The notes below the pieces were generated by a model. It was not told the DNA's origin. It did no database searches and was given only the letters and a program-made list of their open reading frames with translations. Shown here piece by piece: positions 8,848-18,240 of a stretch of DNA of 64,000 bases (the first letter of the stretch is position 1; the number at the start of each line of letters is the position of its first letter). The stretch comes from an uncultured candidate division Zixibacteria bacterium (lineage in GTDB: Bacteria; Zixibacteria; MSB-5A5; GN15; FEB-12): contig CAVTJJ010000003.1 of assembly GCA_963735035.1 (NCBI GenBank), positions 224,001 through 288,000 on the forward strand, written 5' to 3'. The position numbers and the translations under genes are program-made.

Positions 8848-11800
8848 ATGAAGAACTGGTCGCTGAAGTGGCAGATCCTTGCGTTAGTTCTCGCCTCCGT
8901 GGCGGTGGTGGTGGTATCGCTGACCGTGCTGACCATAACCCAGATGAATCATCAGATGCATGCCAGCCTCGAGCGCAAAGCGGTCGCGATATCCCTGCTC
9001 CTGGCTGAGAACCTGGGCCCGGGTCTGGAGTTTGCCGACACCGCCCTCGTCGACACCCTGGCATCCAAGGCCCTGCTCGACGAAGACGTAGTGGCCGTCG
9101 CCCTGTACGACAATTCGGGCCACCGGGTGCTTGATTTACGTTCTGACGAAGGTGCGCTGCCAAGTGAAGATTCCTGCAACCACGTAGGCGGAACAGAAGT
9201 AACTCACGTTGGCTATCACTGCTATGTCGAGCGGCCGGTGTTCTCACAGCGTCACATAGTGGGCTGTATGTGGTTGGTCGTGACCGAGGAGGCCATGGCG
9301 GCCCAATTGTACCGTGGGACAGCGGTCACCATCGGCCTGGCTCTGGGGCTTCTATTCTTTATTACAATAGTTGGAACCATTCTGGCCCGTCGCATGACGC
9401 GCCCGATTCAGACCTTTTCCCAAGCGGCCGGTCGTATAAGTTCCGGCGACATGCTGGCTACGGTCGATGTCGGCCAACTCCAGCGTGATTACGTGCCCCT
9501 GGGAAAAGCGTTCAACAGCATGCAGGCAACCCTTTCCCAGGCTTTCGACTCGTTGAAGAAGTCCCGCGATGAACTGGAGTCGCAGGTGGCAGAACAAACC
9601 CGCGATATTCGCGACGAACTGGCCGAACGCAAGAAGATAGAATTGGCCGTGGCCGAAGGGCGTGAGCTGCTCAAGGCCACGCTCGATTCGACGGCCGACG
9701 GCATTCTGGTGGTCGACGCCAGGGGCGTGATGACTCACCACAATCGACGCTTCGCGGGCTTGTGGCAAATACCCGCAGAGCTTCTGAGAACCCGCGAAGA
9801 CAATCGCATGCTGGCTCATGTCCTCGATCAACTCATAGATCCTCAGGCCTTCCTGGACAAAGTTCGTCAGCTTTATGCTTCGAAGGATGAATCCACCGAC
9901 ACGCTGTATTTCAAGGACGGTCGTGTTTTCGAGCGATATTCCTGTCCTCTTACGAAGGACGACAAGGCGGTGGGACGCGTCTGGAGTTTCCGCGATATTA
10001 CTCATCTCATGAAGATGATGGAGAAACTTCAGTTGACTCAGTTCTCCATCGACCACGTTTCGGACCCTGCTTTCTGGATGCGCGACGACGGCTCCCTGAT
10101 CTATGTCAACGAAGCCGCCTGCCGCATGCTCGGTTACAAAGAGTCGGAACTCCTGGACATGAGATTCCAGGATATCGATCCTAACTTCCCGGCCGAAGCC
10201 TGGCCGCTACAGTGGCGCCAGATAAAGCAGAAGGGTAGTCTGACGTTCTGTTCTTCGCATCGCTGCAGCAACGGACGTGAATATGCGGTCGAAATCATAG
10301 CCGACTACGTTGATTTCCAGGGCCAGGAGTACATCTGCGCCTTCTCGCACGATATCAGGGAACGTCGACGGGCCGAACAGGCTCAAGCGGTTCTCCTGCG
10401 GGTTGCTGAAGCAGCCAACAAGGCCACCGGCCTTAAGGAACTGCTTACGGGCGTTCAAACGCAGCTCAGTAAGCTGATCGACGCTGCCAATTTCTACGTC
10501 GCCTTGTGGGACGAAGAGAAACAGTTATATACTTTCCCCTATGCCGTAGATGAAAACGAGGACGAGGATTTTTCGCCGCAGCGACTTGAATGGAGCCTGA
10601 CCGATTTCGTGCGCCGTCACGACGAACCGTTGCTGGTCGACGAGGATACGCATCGACAACTAACTTCCCGAGGTGACGTTAACATGATCGGTCACCCCTC
10701 GCTCACCTGGATGGGCATCCCTCTGCGCGCCACTTCCGGTACGATCGGCGTGCTGGTTGTCCAAAGCTACCACAACCCTCGCGCCTACAAAGAGGCTGAT
10801 CTCAACTGGCTGACCTCGGTATCAGAGCCGGTCGCACGCGTCATCGAACGTATTCAAGCGGCCGAACAGCAACAGCAGCTTCGCGAAGAATTGGAACGAG
10901 CCGAACGCATGCGTTCACTCGGCGTCATGGCCGGCGGTGTCGCCCACGACCTTAACAACATGCTCGGCCCATTGGTAGGATATCCCGAACTAATTCTGAT
11001 GAAACTCCCCGAGGATAGCCCTTTCCGAAAGCAGATTCAACGAATCGGTACAGCCGCCAAAGAAGCGGCAAACGTGGTCCAGGACCTGCTCACACTGGCA
11101 CGTCGGGGACGCTACGAGATGGTCCCGACCGATGTCAACGCCGTGGTCGAAGCTTATCTCGACTCCCCCGGATTCGCCAAACTGGTGGAGACGAGACCGA
11201 ACGTCAAAGTAAGTACCACTATTGACCGCAACATCGGTCGTATTTCCGGATCGTCGCATCACCTTTCCAAGGTGATTATGAACCTGATCGTCAACGCGTT
11301 TGACGCCATGCCGGACGGTGGCACGCTGCAAATCAACACTCGATCAGCAGTTGGTCGAGCAGCTTCACAGCGGCTACGACAAGCTCGAAGCGGGTCAATA
11401 CATTGTCGTAACGGTGAAGGACTCGGGTACCGGTATCGATCCGGCCGACATCGAGAAGATTTTCGAGCCGTACTACTCGAAGAAGACGATGGGGACCAGC
11501 GGCAGCGGACTCGGACTGTCAGTCGTGTACGGCGTCGTCAAGGACCACAAAGGGTACTACGACGTCATCTCCGAGTTGGGTAAGGGCACCGCCTTCGTGC
11601 TCTACTTCCCGGTCTCGGAAGCCGCGGCTGAGAATCAAGCTAAGCAGACCATTGATTTGAAGGGTTCCGAAACCGTGCTGGTGGTCGACGATGACGACAG
11701 CCAGCGCGAGATGGCTTTCGAGCTGCTGTCCAGCTACGGCTACCAAGTGAGCCTGGCGGCCCACGGCCATGAGGCCCTGACGTTCCTCGCGGGAAACTCC

Positions 11801-12076
11801 GTGGACATTGTCATTCTGGACATGATCATGGAAAATGGTTTCGATGGGCTCGACACGTTCAGAGAGATCGTCAAGATGAAACCGGGACAGAAGGCGATCA
11901 TTGTAAGCGGCTATTCGCCGACTGAACGGGTTCAGGAAATGCAAAATCTCGGGGCCGGACAATACGTGCGCAAGCCGTATACGCGCCAGACTCTGGCGAC
12001 CGCGATACGCGCCGAACTGAGCCGACCAGCGGGGTCCCAGTTGGCCGAATCGATGAAGACCAAAGTGCTCTCCTGA
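8848..12076 (+). CDS. Membrane hybrid sensor histidine kinase (periplasmic sensor-HAMP-PAS-PAS-GAF-HisKA-HATPase-REC), frameshifted at ~11340
   Basis: The first frame has the H-box GGVAHDLNNML and N-box NLIVNAFDAM. The G1 (DSGTGI), F (IFEPY), G2 (GSGLGL) boxes and REC domain (VLVVDDD, ILDM, RKPY) are in the overlapping second frame. Confidence 0.88.
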
Positions 12077-12252
12077 GCTGAACAGACAAATTCAGGCTCT
12101 TGGTAGTCTGGGCACCACGTCAAATCCCTCCCTATCCCTCAGATACTCTTCCTGCGGCGGGTGCAAATCTGGCGTGTAACATGATTATAGCATTGACTGT
12201 TGGCTCTAACCGACCAAGATTACCGGTAACCTAAGGACCCGGCTGAGCATCT

Positions 12253-12837
12253 ATGGAACGAATGCGAATCGATCAGGATCGCTTTTGGCGACTTTTAGAA
12301 CCAGAGTACGAACGAGGTATGATGTTCTGCCGCAAGTTGATAGGTGACCGCGACCGAGGTGACGATCTCTTCCAGGACTCACTGGTAATCGCCTGTACCA
12401 GGTTGCGCGACCTGCGGGACGAAGCTTCGTTTCGACCCTGGCTCTACCGAATATTCGTCAACACTTTCAAGAGCACGGTCCGACGACCCTGGTGGCGGCG
12501 ACGAACAGAGTTTACTCCTGAGTTGGAGTCGCGTCTGCTTCTGGTTGACCCTACCGATCAATTGTCGGCCCGGCGCTGGTTGGATCGGGCGTTTCAGGCG
12601 GTATCAGTAGACGATCAGGCGCTGATTACTTTGCACGAACTCGATGGCTGGCCCTTGGCCGAACTGGCCCAGCTCTTTGGCAAGACCGAAGGCGCTATCA
12701 AGATTCAGATCTTTCGGGCGCGCCGCGATATCAAGCTCGCCCTTCAGAAACAATGGCGAGCCAAGGCAACACCCGTGCGATCCGTTTCAAACCCCGCGAG
12801 GGAACAATGCACTGTACCGAAGCCAGAAACCGAATAG
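12253..12837 (+). CDS. ECF-type RNA polymerase sigma factor
   Basis: Region 2: DDLFQD...FRPWLYRIFVN. Region 4: LHELDGWPLAELAQLFGKTEGAIKIQIFRARR. Confidence 0.9.
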   Translation: MERMRIDQDRFWRLLEPEYERGMMFCRKLIGDRDRGDDLFQDSLVIACTRLRDLRDEASFRPWLYRIFVNTFKSTVRRPWWRRRTEFTPELESRLLLVDPTDQLSARRWLDRAFQAVSVDDQALITLHELDGWPLAELAQLFGKTEGAIKIQIFRARRDIKLALQKQWRAKATPVRSVSNPAREQCTVPKPETE

Positions 12838-13466
12838 ATAACACCAAGAGCCTATCCGCTCTTGCGGACGATCTGGAGTTGCAGGTTCATTTAGAAGACT
12901 GTGATGACTGTCGGGCGTATGCCGTTCTGGTGGAATCATTCGAGAAGGCCTTGCATGCGGCTTCGGCCGACGACACTGTTCCCGGTCTTGCTATCGATGA
13001 ACAACGGCGAGCGGTAGAATTGCGACTGCATTCGGGTCGACGCGCAATGCGTGGTGCCACGCACCCTCATCTTTTGGCACGTCCGGCCTGGAGGCTGGCA
13101 GTGTCGGGCGTAACGATTGTCCTGGCGGCCTTTCTATTTATCCCCTTCACGCGGTACCAAACGGTCGGCTATGATGTCAGCGTCGACGGTACCTGCCTCG
13201 AAGTGGCGGTAAACCATGACCGTATTTGTGACCTATTGGGAAGACTGGGCCTGGACGAAGCCGGCGTGGACGTGATCGGCTGCGATACCACTTGCTCGGT
13301 TTCGATATTGGACCTAAAGACCGAGCACGAAGCCAGAATGGTGGTGGGTGCAATCGCCCATATGTGCGAGAAGAAGCTGAGTTCTAGCATCGTGCCGATT
13401 AGAGCCAAATCGACCCAGACCCTGCTGGAGCAGGCTAACGATCTGATACTTCGAAGTGAATCGTAG
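12807..13466 (+). CDS. Zinc-finger (zf-HC2/ZAS) anti-sigma factor with a TM segment and Cys-containing C-terminal domain
   Basis: MHCTEA...HLEDCDDC (HxxxCxxC), one TM helix, overlaps the 3' end of the sigma gene. Confidence 0.8.
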   Translation: MHCTEARNRIDNTKSLSALADDLELQVHLEDCDDCRAYAVLVESFEKALHAASADDTVPGLAIDEQRRAVELRLHSGRRAMRGATHPHLLARPAWRLAVSGVTIVLAAFLFIPFTRYQTVGYDVSVDGTCLEVAVNHDRICDLLGRLGLDEAGVDVIGCDTTCSVSILDLKTEHEARMVVGAIAHMCEKKLSSSIVPIRAKSTQTLLEQANDLILRSES

Positions 13467-13573
13467 ATAGAACATCGGGGCGCCACGGCGGCACCGTCCG
13501 AACAGCAACCCGACTTACACAACTAAAGACGAAACCGGGGCTCGCCGGATCGAGGCCCCAGGAAGATTGAAGT

Positions 13574-14320
13574 ATGCCCAGGACACTAATGGCAATAACA
13601 ACTATCTTGATAGCCGCCTTCATCGGCAGCGCTGTCAATGCCGCGCCACTGCTGGCAATCGATCAAACGGATTTTGACTTTGGCTTCGCGCCGCAGAACT
13701 CCAAGGTCAGTCATATTTTCCAGCTTCGAAACGACGGAGATGACACTCTCCGCATAGCGCGGGTGGTGCCGGGTTGCGGTTGCACCCAGGCGCCGCTGGC
13801 CGACTCGATTCTCGCCCCGGGGCAAAGCACTCAATTGGAAATCATCTTCAGCACCGGTCACTACAATGGAGCAGTCACTAAACGCCCCAGAATCGAAACC
13901 AACGAATCTTCAACGGCGAAGTTCGTCGCGATAACGACCAATGTTGCTCAACGTCCCGATTCAACGTATCCGGTCCAAGTTCGGCCGTACAAATTAGATA
14001 TGTCGCAGTTTGGGGAGACGGTTCGCGATCAGATGAAATTCACCATCGCCAACGTCTCCGATAGCAATCTGGGCATCACGTTGGTCAGTTGCCCCGACAA
14101 GATGATGTCCATTGAGTTGCCCGAGGAAGTTCCGGCCGGGGGAAGCGTCGACGCGATAGCGAAACTGTCACCGTCAGCCGCGAAGTTGTCGTTCGAGACC
14201 TCATTCACGATACAGCTCGGCGATGCCGCGAAAACGCGGTTTACTATTCCAGTGAAACGCACTATGAAATCACCCGGACAGGTCGCGGTCGATCCCAAGA
14301 CCAACCAGACAAAGCCTTAG
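13574..14320 (+). CDS. Secreted DUF1573-type Ig-like domain protein
   Basis: Signal peptide; FDFG...FQLRNDGDDTLRIARVVPGCGCT...LAPGQS signature. Confidence 0.8.
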   Translation: MPRTLMAITTILIAAFIGSAVNAAPLLAIDQTDFDFGFAPQNSKVSHIFQLRNDGDDTLRIARVVPGCGCTQAPLADSILAPGQSTQLEIIFSTGHYNGAVTKRPRIETNESSTAKFVAITTNVAQRPDSTYPVQVRPYKLDMSQFGETVRDQMKFTIANVSDSNLGITLVSCPDKMMSIELPEEVPAGGSVDAIAKLSPSAAKLSFETSFTIQLGDAAKTRFTIPVKRTMKSPGQVAVDPKTNQTKP

Positions 14321-14338
14321 TCCTATCCTTTCGAAGAG

Positions 14339-14373
14339 AAACGGTCGGTCACGCCTGGCGCGACCGACCGTTT
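14339..14373. terminator. Hairpin between convergent genes (likely bidirectional terminator)
   Basis: AAACGGTCGGTC...GACCGACCGTTT inverted repeat. Confidence 0.7.
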
Positions 14374-14392
14374 GTCATTTCTGTTAGAATTC

Positions 14393-17300
14393 TTAGAGGC
14401 AATTGGGAAGAATACTATTGGTCGGTCCGGTAATGAACAAATAATCAATGAGTAACGTAATGTCGCCGATGGTCACGTTCTCCAACAAAGGATGAAATCC
14501 TCCCGATTGATTGACATCGGCCTCGGCCATGCAGGCCACGGGGGTAGTGCTGATGAACAGCATGTCAATCATGACGGTAATGTCGCCAATAGTCGGCTCG
14601 TCGCCGCCCGCCCCGTTGGCATCACCTACCCGAGCGAGACAACATCCAACAACCAGGTCGCAAACCGTAAAGTCGTAGTTACACCAGGGTTCGAAATCTA
14701 TGTCGTCTCCCACCAGGTCACCATTACCGTTCGGATTAGTGACATGAGTCGGGCCAAGATCGGAGCCCCAGTAGTTGCGCTCGGCCATCGCCCCAAAGGT
14801 CGAATTGGTCCAAAAGCCGTACGCATTGCCGTGGATTCGATTATGGGAGGCACTGACGCTGGCCGCAGCGCCATCGTTGTAGGCCACGACGCCGATGTCC
14901 CAGCCATGAATGTCAGAATCCAACAAAGTCGTAATGGCAGTCTCTCCCAGCGCCCAGGTGGCCACACCGTAAGATCCCGTGGTCCCCACGCCGGTAAGAT
15001 TGAGATTGCTTAGCACCACAACCGTTGGAACTGCCTTGGCTTTGACATCTGGAGCGTAGGGGTCTTCAAGAGGCGAGGCTATGCGATGTGACAATTTTGT
15101 AGTCGCGGACTTTATTTCGCCATAGTCGCGAACGCTGACACCTTCCTCGTCGTTCGTGCCGGACGGCGTCACTGTAGCGCCGTTGACCGAGCCACTCGTC
15201 TCATGGAAGACGATAGCCGCCTGTGATCCGGTTACAACACTTCCGGAAGCCACCGCGCCGTTAGCCGCCTGATAGAACAGAATGCCGCTGGCGCCCCAGC
15301 TTCCACCGGTGTAGGCTACGCCCGCAATGGTGCAGTCAGTAATGGTACCATTGGCTCCAAAACCAACCTGGATACCGTTCTGGGCTGTAGTCGTAGTAGG
15401 ACCCTGGCCGGTAATTGACGCGCGAGTAACGCTTGAAACCAGACCTCCGCCACCCAGCACTATACCGGCCTTTTGGATATCAGTAATTGTGACATCGGTA
15501 ATGTCGAGTTGGTACGGCCCGCCCGTATTATTGTACGCGTAAATGCTCACCCCGTGCTGAGAGCCGCCGAACGGTTCGTCGCGCACACCGGTGATATCAA
15601 CATTGGTCACGGCGCCACCGGCGTTCCAGAAACCGATGCCCACAAAGCGGTAATTGGCGTTGCCGCGTCCGAGTCCGTCGACTTTCAGATCGCTAATTGC
15701 GACATCGGCACCATTAACAAGTATTACGGGATAGTTCGGTCCTCCGGTAGTGAACTGCTGTGGCATGTCCAAGAGCGATTGGACCGTGACAACATCCTTC
15801 CCCGCTCCAATTAGACTGAGCTGTTTGCCGATCACTACCTGCTCTTCGTAGGTGCCGGCCTCGACATGAACAGCGTCGCCAGCAGTGGCAATATCGACAC
15901 CCTCTTGAATGGTCGAACCATTAGTGGGGTCGACATGCCAATCCCAGGCCGAAGTGTGCATGTCGCCCAGGTAATTCCCACCCCACCAGGGCGAGTAATC
16001 AACTTGCGAGCTGACGGCCGAACCGGTTCCTTTTTCACCAGAAGTACCTGAGGGATACAGCATGCCGGAGGGAACATCGGAGTCGGTGGCGGAGAAGGGC
16101 GACGCCGCCATCCGTGGCGTCGGGCTATAGCCGGCCGCTTTCAATGAAAAACCGGGACCGGATGCGTCGCCCCACCAATTCGCCGTGGCATCAACCATAT
16201 TCGAAAAATTGTTGTAGACCCCGTGCGAAGTATTCCCCGTCAGGTTATTTTGATTAACGCGACAATTTACGGCGTTGCCAGTCGGTATATCGACAACTTC
16301 AGCCAGACCTACTTCGCCATTGATAACAGTGTTGTTGTGTGCGTTGACCGTCAGATTACCGTTGGTCCAACCAGCATATACGGAGCCGCCCCAGGGATCG
16401 ACACCCGATCCGTACAGGTCAATCCCGGAATAAGTTGTGTTGCTGATTGTGCATCCGGTGACTTCCAGCGCCAGTGAGACGCCATCGTCGGCCAGGTGGG
16501 TAGTCACGGCCCACTGATTTTGATCGAGGGTAACATCTTTGACAATTATAGTTGGCGTCGTCGTCGGAGTGTAGACCCAGTTCCACTGGGAGTGACCAAT
16601 TGCTACCTGACAGCCACTGAGGCTGCCGCCAATAACGGTAACGTCGCCGCTCTCGAACATGAGGATGCCGGTTCCGGCCCAGTCTGTGCCCGGGTACGCA
16701 ACCATACTCACCTGGTTCCGACTGACCGTTGCTGTAGCACCATAGCCGATCTGGATGCCGTTCTGCGCGACAATGGTAGTGCCGCCACCGGTAACAACGT
16801 TTTCGTCGACAATGCCGGTAGCCGAGGGACCCATCACCACAATACCGCCCTTTTGGAACGACGTGATAGTGTTCGCAGAGAAATCGATCGAGCAGGAGCC
16901 GCCCACACCGTGCGTGGCCATGAGACTCACCACTCGGGAACTCCCGGTGCCGGCGGCGTCGATGATGTTTACGATGTCGCAATTACTAACGGTACCGTCG
17001 GCGTTGAAATAATGTACGCCGTAGAAATTGTCCGGCCCGAGGGCTTTGCCATCGATGGTAAAGCCGGTGATTTCGACCGTGCCGTTGGTCACACCGATAC
17101 AGGCGTCCACCGTGCGTGCGGAACCTTCCCATTGGGTGATAGAATATGTTGAGCGACTACCGAGAGGCACGGCCTCGATGAAACTCTGGCCGCGACCCGC
17201 TCCCTGTAGGATGAGGTTCTTGCCATCGATTCTGATTTGCTCGACGTATGTGCCTGCGGCGACAACAATGATGTCATCGTCCAAAGCAACATTGACCGCC

Positions 17301-17398
17301 GCCTGAATTGTCGGCTGATCATCGGGCACATTGATTGTGGCTGGATATACACTGACGGCGCTGATAAGCAGCGCGAGAAGGATTCCCCATCGTCCCAT
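14393..17398 (-). CDS. Secreted right-handed beta-helix protein (two tandem modules) with C-terminal dockerin-like domain
   Basis: AGGAG RBS before ATG 17398. Duplicated TIQxAV...AGTYxEQ starts and NWWG/NYWG ends; QNGIQ(I/V)G occurs twice. Terminal CCLARVGDANG...LPNCL. Confidence 0.82.
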   Translation of the reverse strand: MGRWGILLALLISAVSVYPATINVPDDQPTIQAAVNVALDDDIIVVAAGTYVEQIRIDGKNLILQGAGRGQSFIEAVPLGSRSTYSITQWEGSARTVDACIGVTNGTVEITGFTIDGKALGPDNFYGVHYFNADGTVSNCDIVNIIDAAGTGSSRVVSLMATHGVGGSCSIDFSANTITSFQKGGIVVMGPSATGIVDENVVTGGGTTIVAQNGIQIGYGATATVSRNQVSMVAYPGTDWAGTGILMFESGDVTVIGGSLSGCQVAIGHSQWNWVYTPTTTPTIIVKDVTLDQNQWAVTTHLADDGVSLALEVTGCTISNTTYSGIDLYGSGVDPWGGSVYAGWTNGNLTVNAHNNTVINGEVGLAEVVDIPTGNAVNCRVNQNNLTGNTSHGVYNNFSNMVDATANWWGDASGPGFSLKAAGYSPTPRMAASPFSATDSDVPSGMLYPSGTSGEKGTGSAVSSQVDYSPWWGGNYLGDMHTSAWDWHVDPTNGSTIQEGVDIATAGDAVHVEAGTYEEQVVIGKQLSLIGAGKDVVTVQSLLDMPQQFTTGGPNYPVILVNGADVAISDLKVDGLGRGNANYRFVGIGFWNAGGAVTNVDITGVRDEPFGGSQHGVSIYAYNNTGGPYQLDITDVTITDIQKAGIVLGGGGLVSSVTRASITGQGPTTTTAQNGIQVGFGANGTITDCTIAGVAYTGGSWGASGILFYQAANGAVASGSVVTGSQAAIVFHETSGSVNGATVTPSGTNDEEGVSVRDYGEIKSATTKLSHRIASPLEDPYAPDVKAKAVPTVVVLSNLNLTGVGTTGSYGVATWALGETAITTLLDSDIHGWDIGVVAYNDGAAASVSASHNRIHGNAYGFWTNSTFGAMAERNYWGSDLGPTHVTNPNGNGDLVGDDIDFEPWCNYDFTVCDLVVGCCLARVGDANGAGGDEPTIGDITVMIDMLFISTTPVACMAEADVNQSGGFHPLLENVTIGDITLLIDYLFITGPTNSILPNCL

Positions 17399-17585
17399 TC
17401 TAGTCTCCTTTCGATCTGGTAAGTACGCGTATCGATTAATCATAAGCCGTATTCATGGGGAACGCAAGAAGTACTTCCACGGCGTCTCATTTCTGCCACA
17501 CTTAAAGACGCTGAAGTGCGATCGGCAGCAGACAGCAACGTAATCCTTACTCGCCCCCGGCCGTTCTTTCTGCAGTTATATCTTG

Positions 17586-17615
17586 TGCGTGGTGGACTTC
17601 CTCGTCCACCACGCA
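17586..17615. repeat. Perfect 12-bp-stem intergenic hairpin
   Basis: TGCGTGGTGGAC-TTCCTC-GTCCACCACGCA. Confidence 0.6.
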
Positions 17616-17664
17616 GAAAGGAATGTCAGGTGCTAAGACAAACCTGACGTGAAAACTACCGCAC

Positions 17665-18105
17665 CTATTGTCCGGTGGCGGCGTTTACAGTGAAGGTCAG
17701 AGACTTGAGTTCGTTGCCGGCGGCGTCGGTGATCTTTACTTCCCAGCGGCCTGTCCAGGCCGGGAGAATCTTCTTGCCGCTGTGGGTTCGCCAATTGATA
17801 CCTCGGACCGGCAAATCCACGACAGCCATAGTCTTGCCTTCGTGAAGCCAGGTATGCTTCAAAGTAGTCTCGGATTCGGCCCCAATAACGCGCATCCAGC
17901 AGCACACTGAACCGACCTCGGCACTGAACACTGAGTCGGCGCCGTTCGGCGTGTGGTCAGCGACCGATGTACAAATTGTTGCCTCGACCTTAAGAGCCGG
18001 AACGGGTGCGGCCGTCGTTGGCGACTGGCTCTGGGCGATCAGGGGACACGCCAGAGCGAATACCACGACAAGAACGGTGATGAATAGCTTCATAACTTCG
18101 GTCAT
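17665..18105 (-). CDS. Secreted DUF2914-like Ig-fold protein
   Basis: Signal peptide; ICTSV...HTWLHEG...WRTHSGKKILPAWTGRWEVKITD pattern. Confidence 0.75.
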   Translation of the reverse strand: MTEVMKLFITVLVVVFALACPLIAQSQSPTTAAPVPALKVEATICTSVADHTPNGADSVFSAEVGSVCCWMRVIGAESETTLKHTWLHEGKTMAVVDLPVRGINWRTHSGKKILPAWTGRWEVKITDAAGNELKSLTFTVNAATGQ

Positions 18106-18240
18106 CCTTCTTTAGTCATATTGCAGGTCAGGACGTCGGGAAATGCAGCGCCTCTCCTTCATAAATTAATAGGAAACGACTCGGGCCGCAAACAGAATAA
18201 TCATAGGATAGACAACTACCGCTTCCTCCGGGAAGGGGCG

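Noticed and set aside
11330..11350. Programmed ribosomal frameshifting here and at 1156 and 55928
   Set aside because: There is no slippery heptamer or evident stimulator. Three unrelated genes each with one extra base fit sequencing error better.
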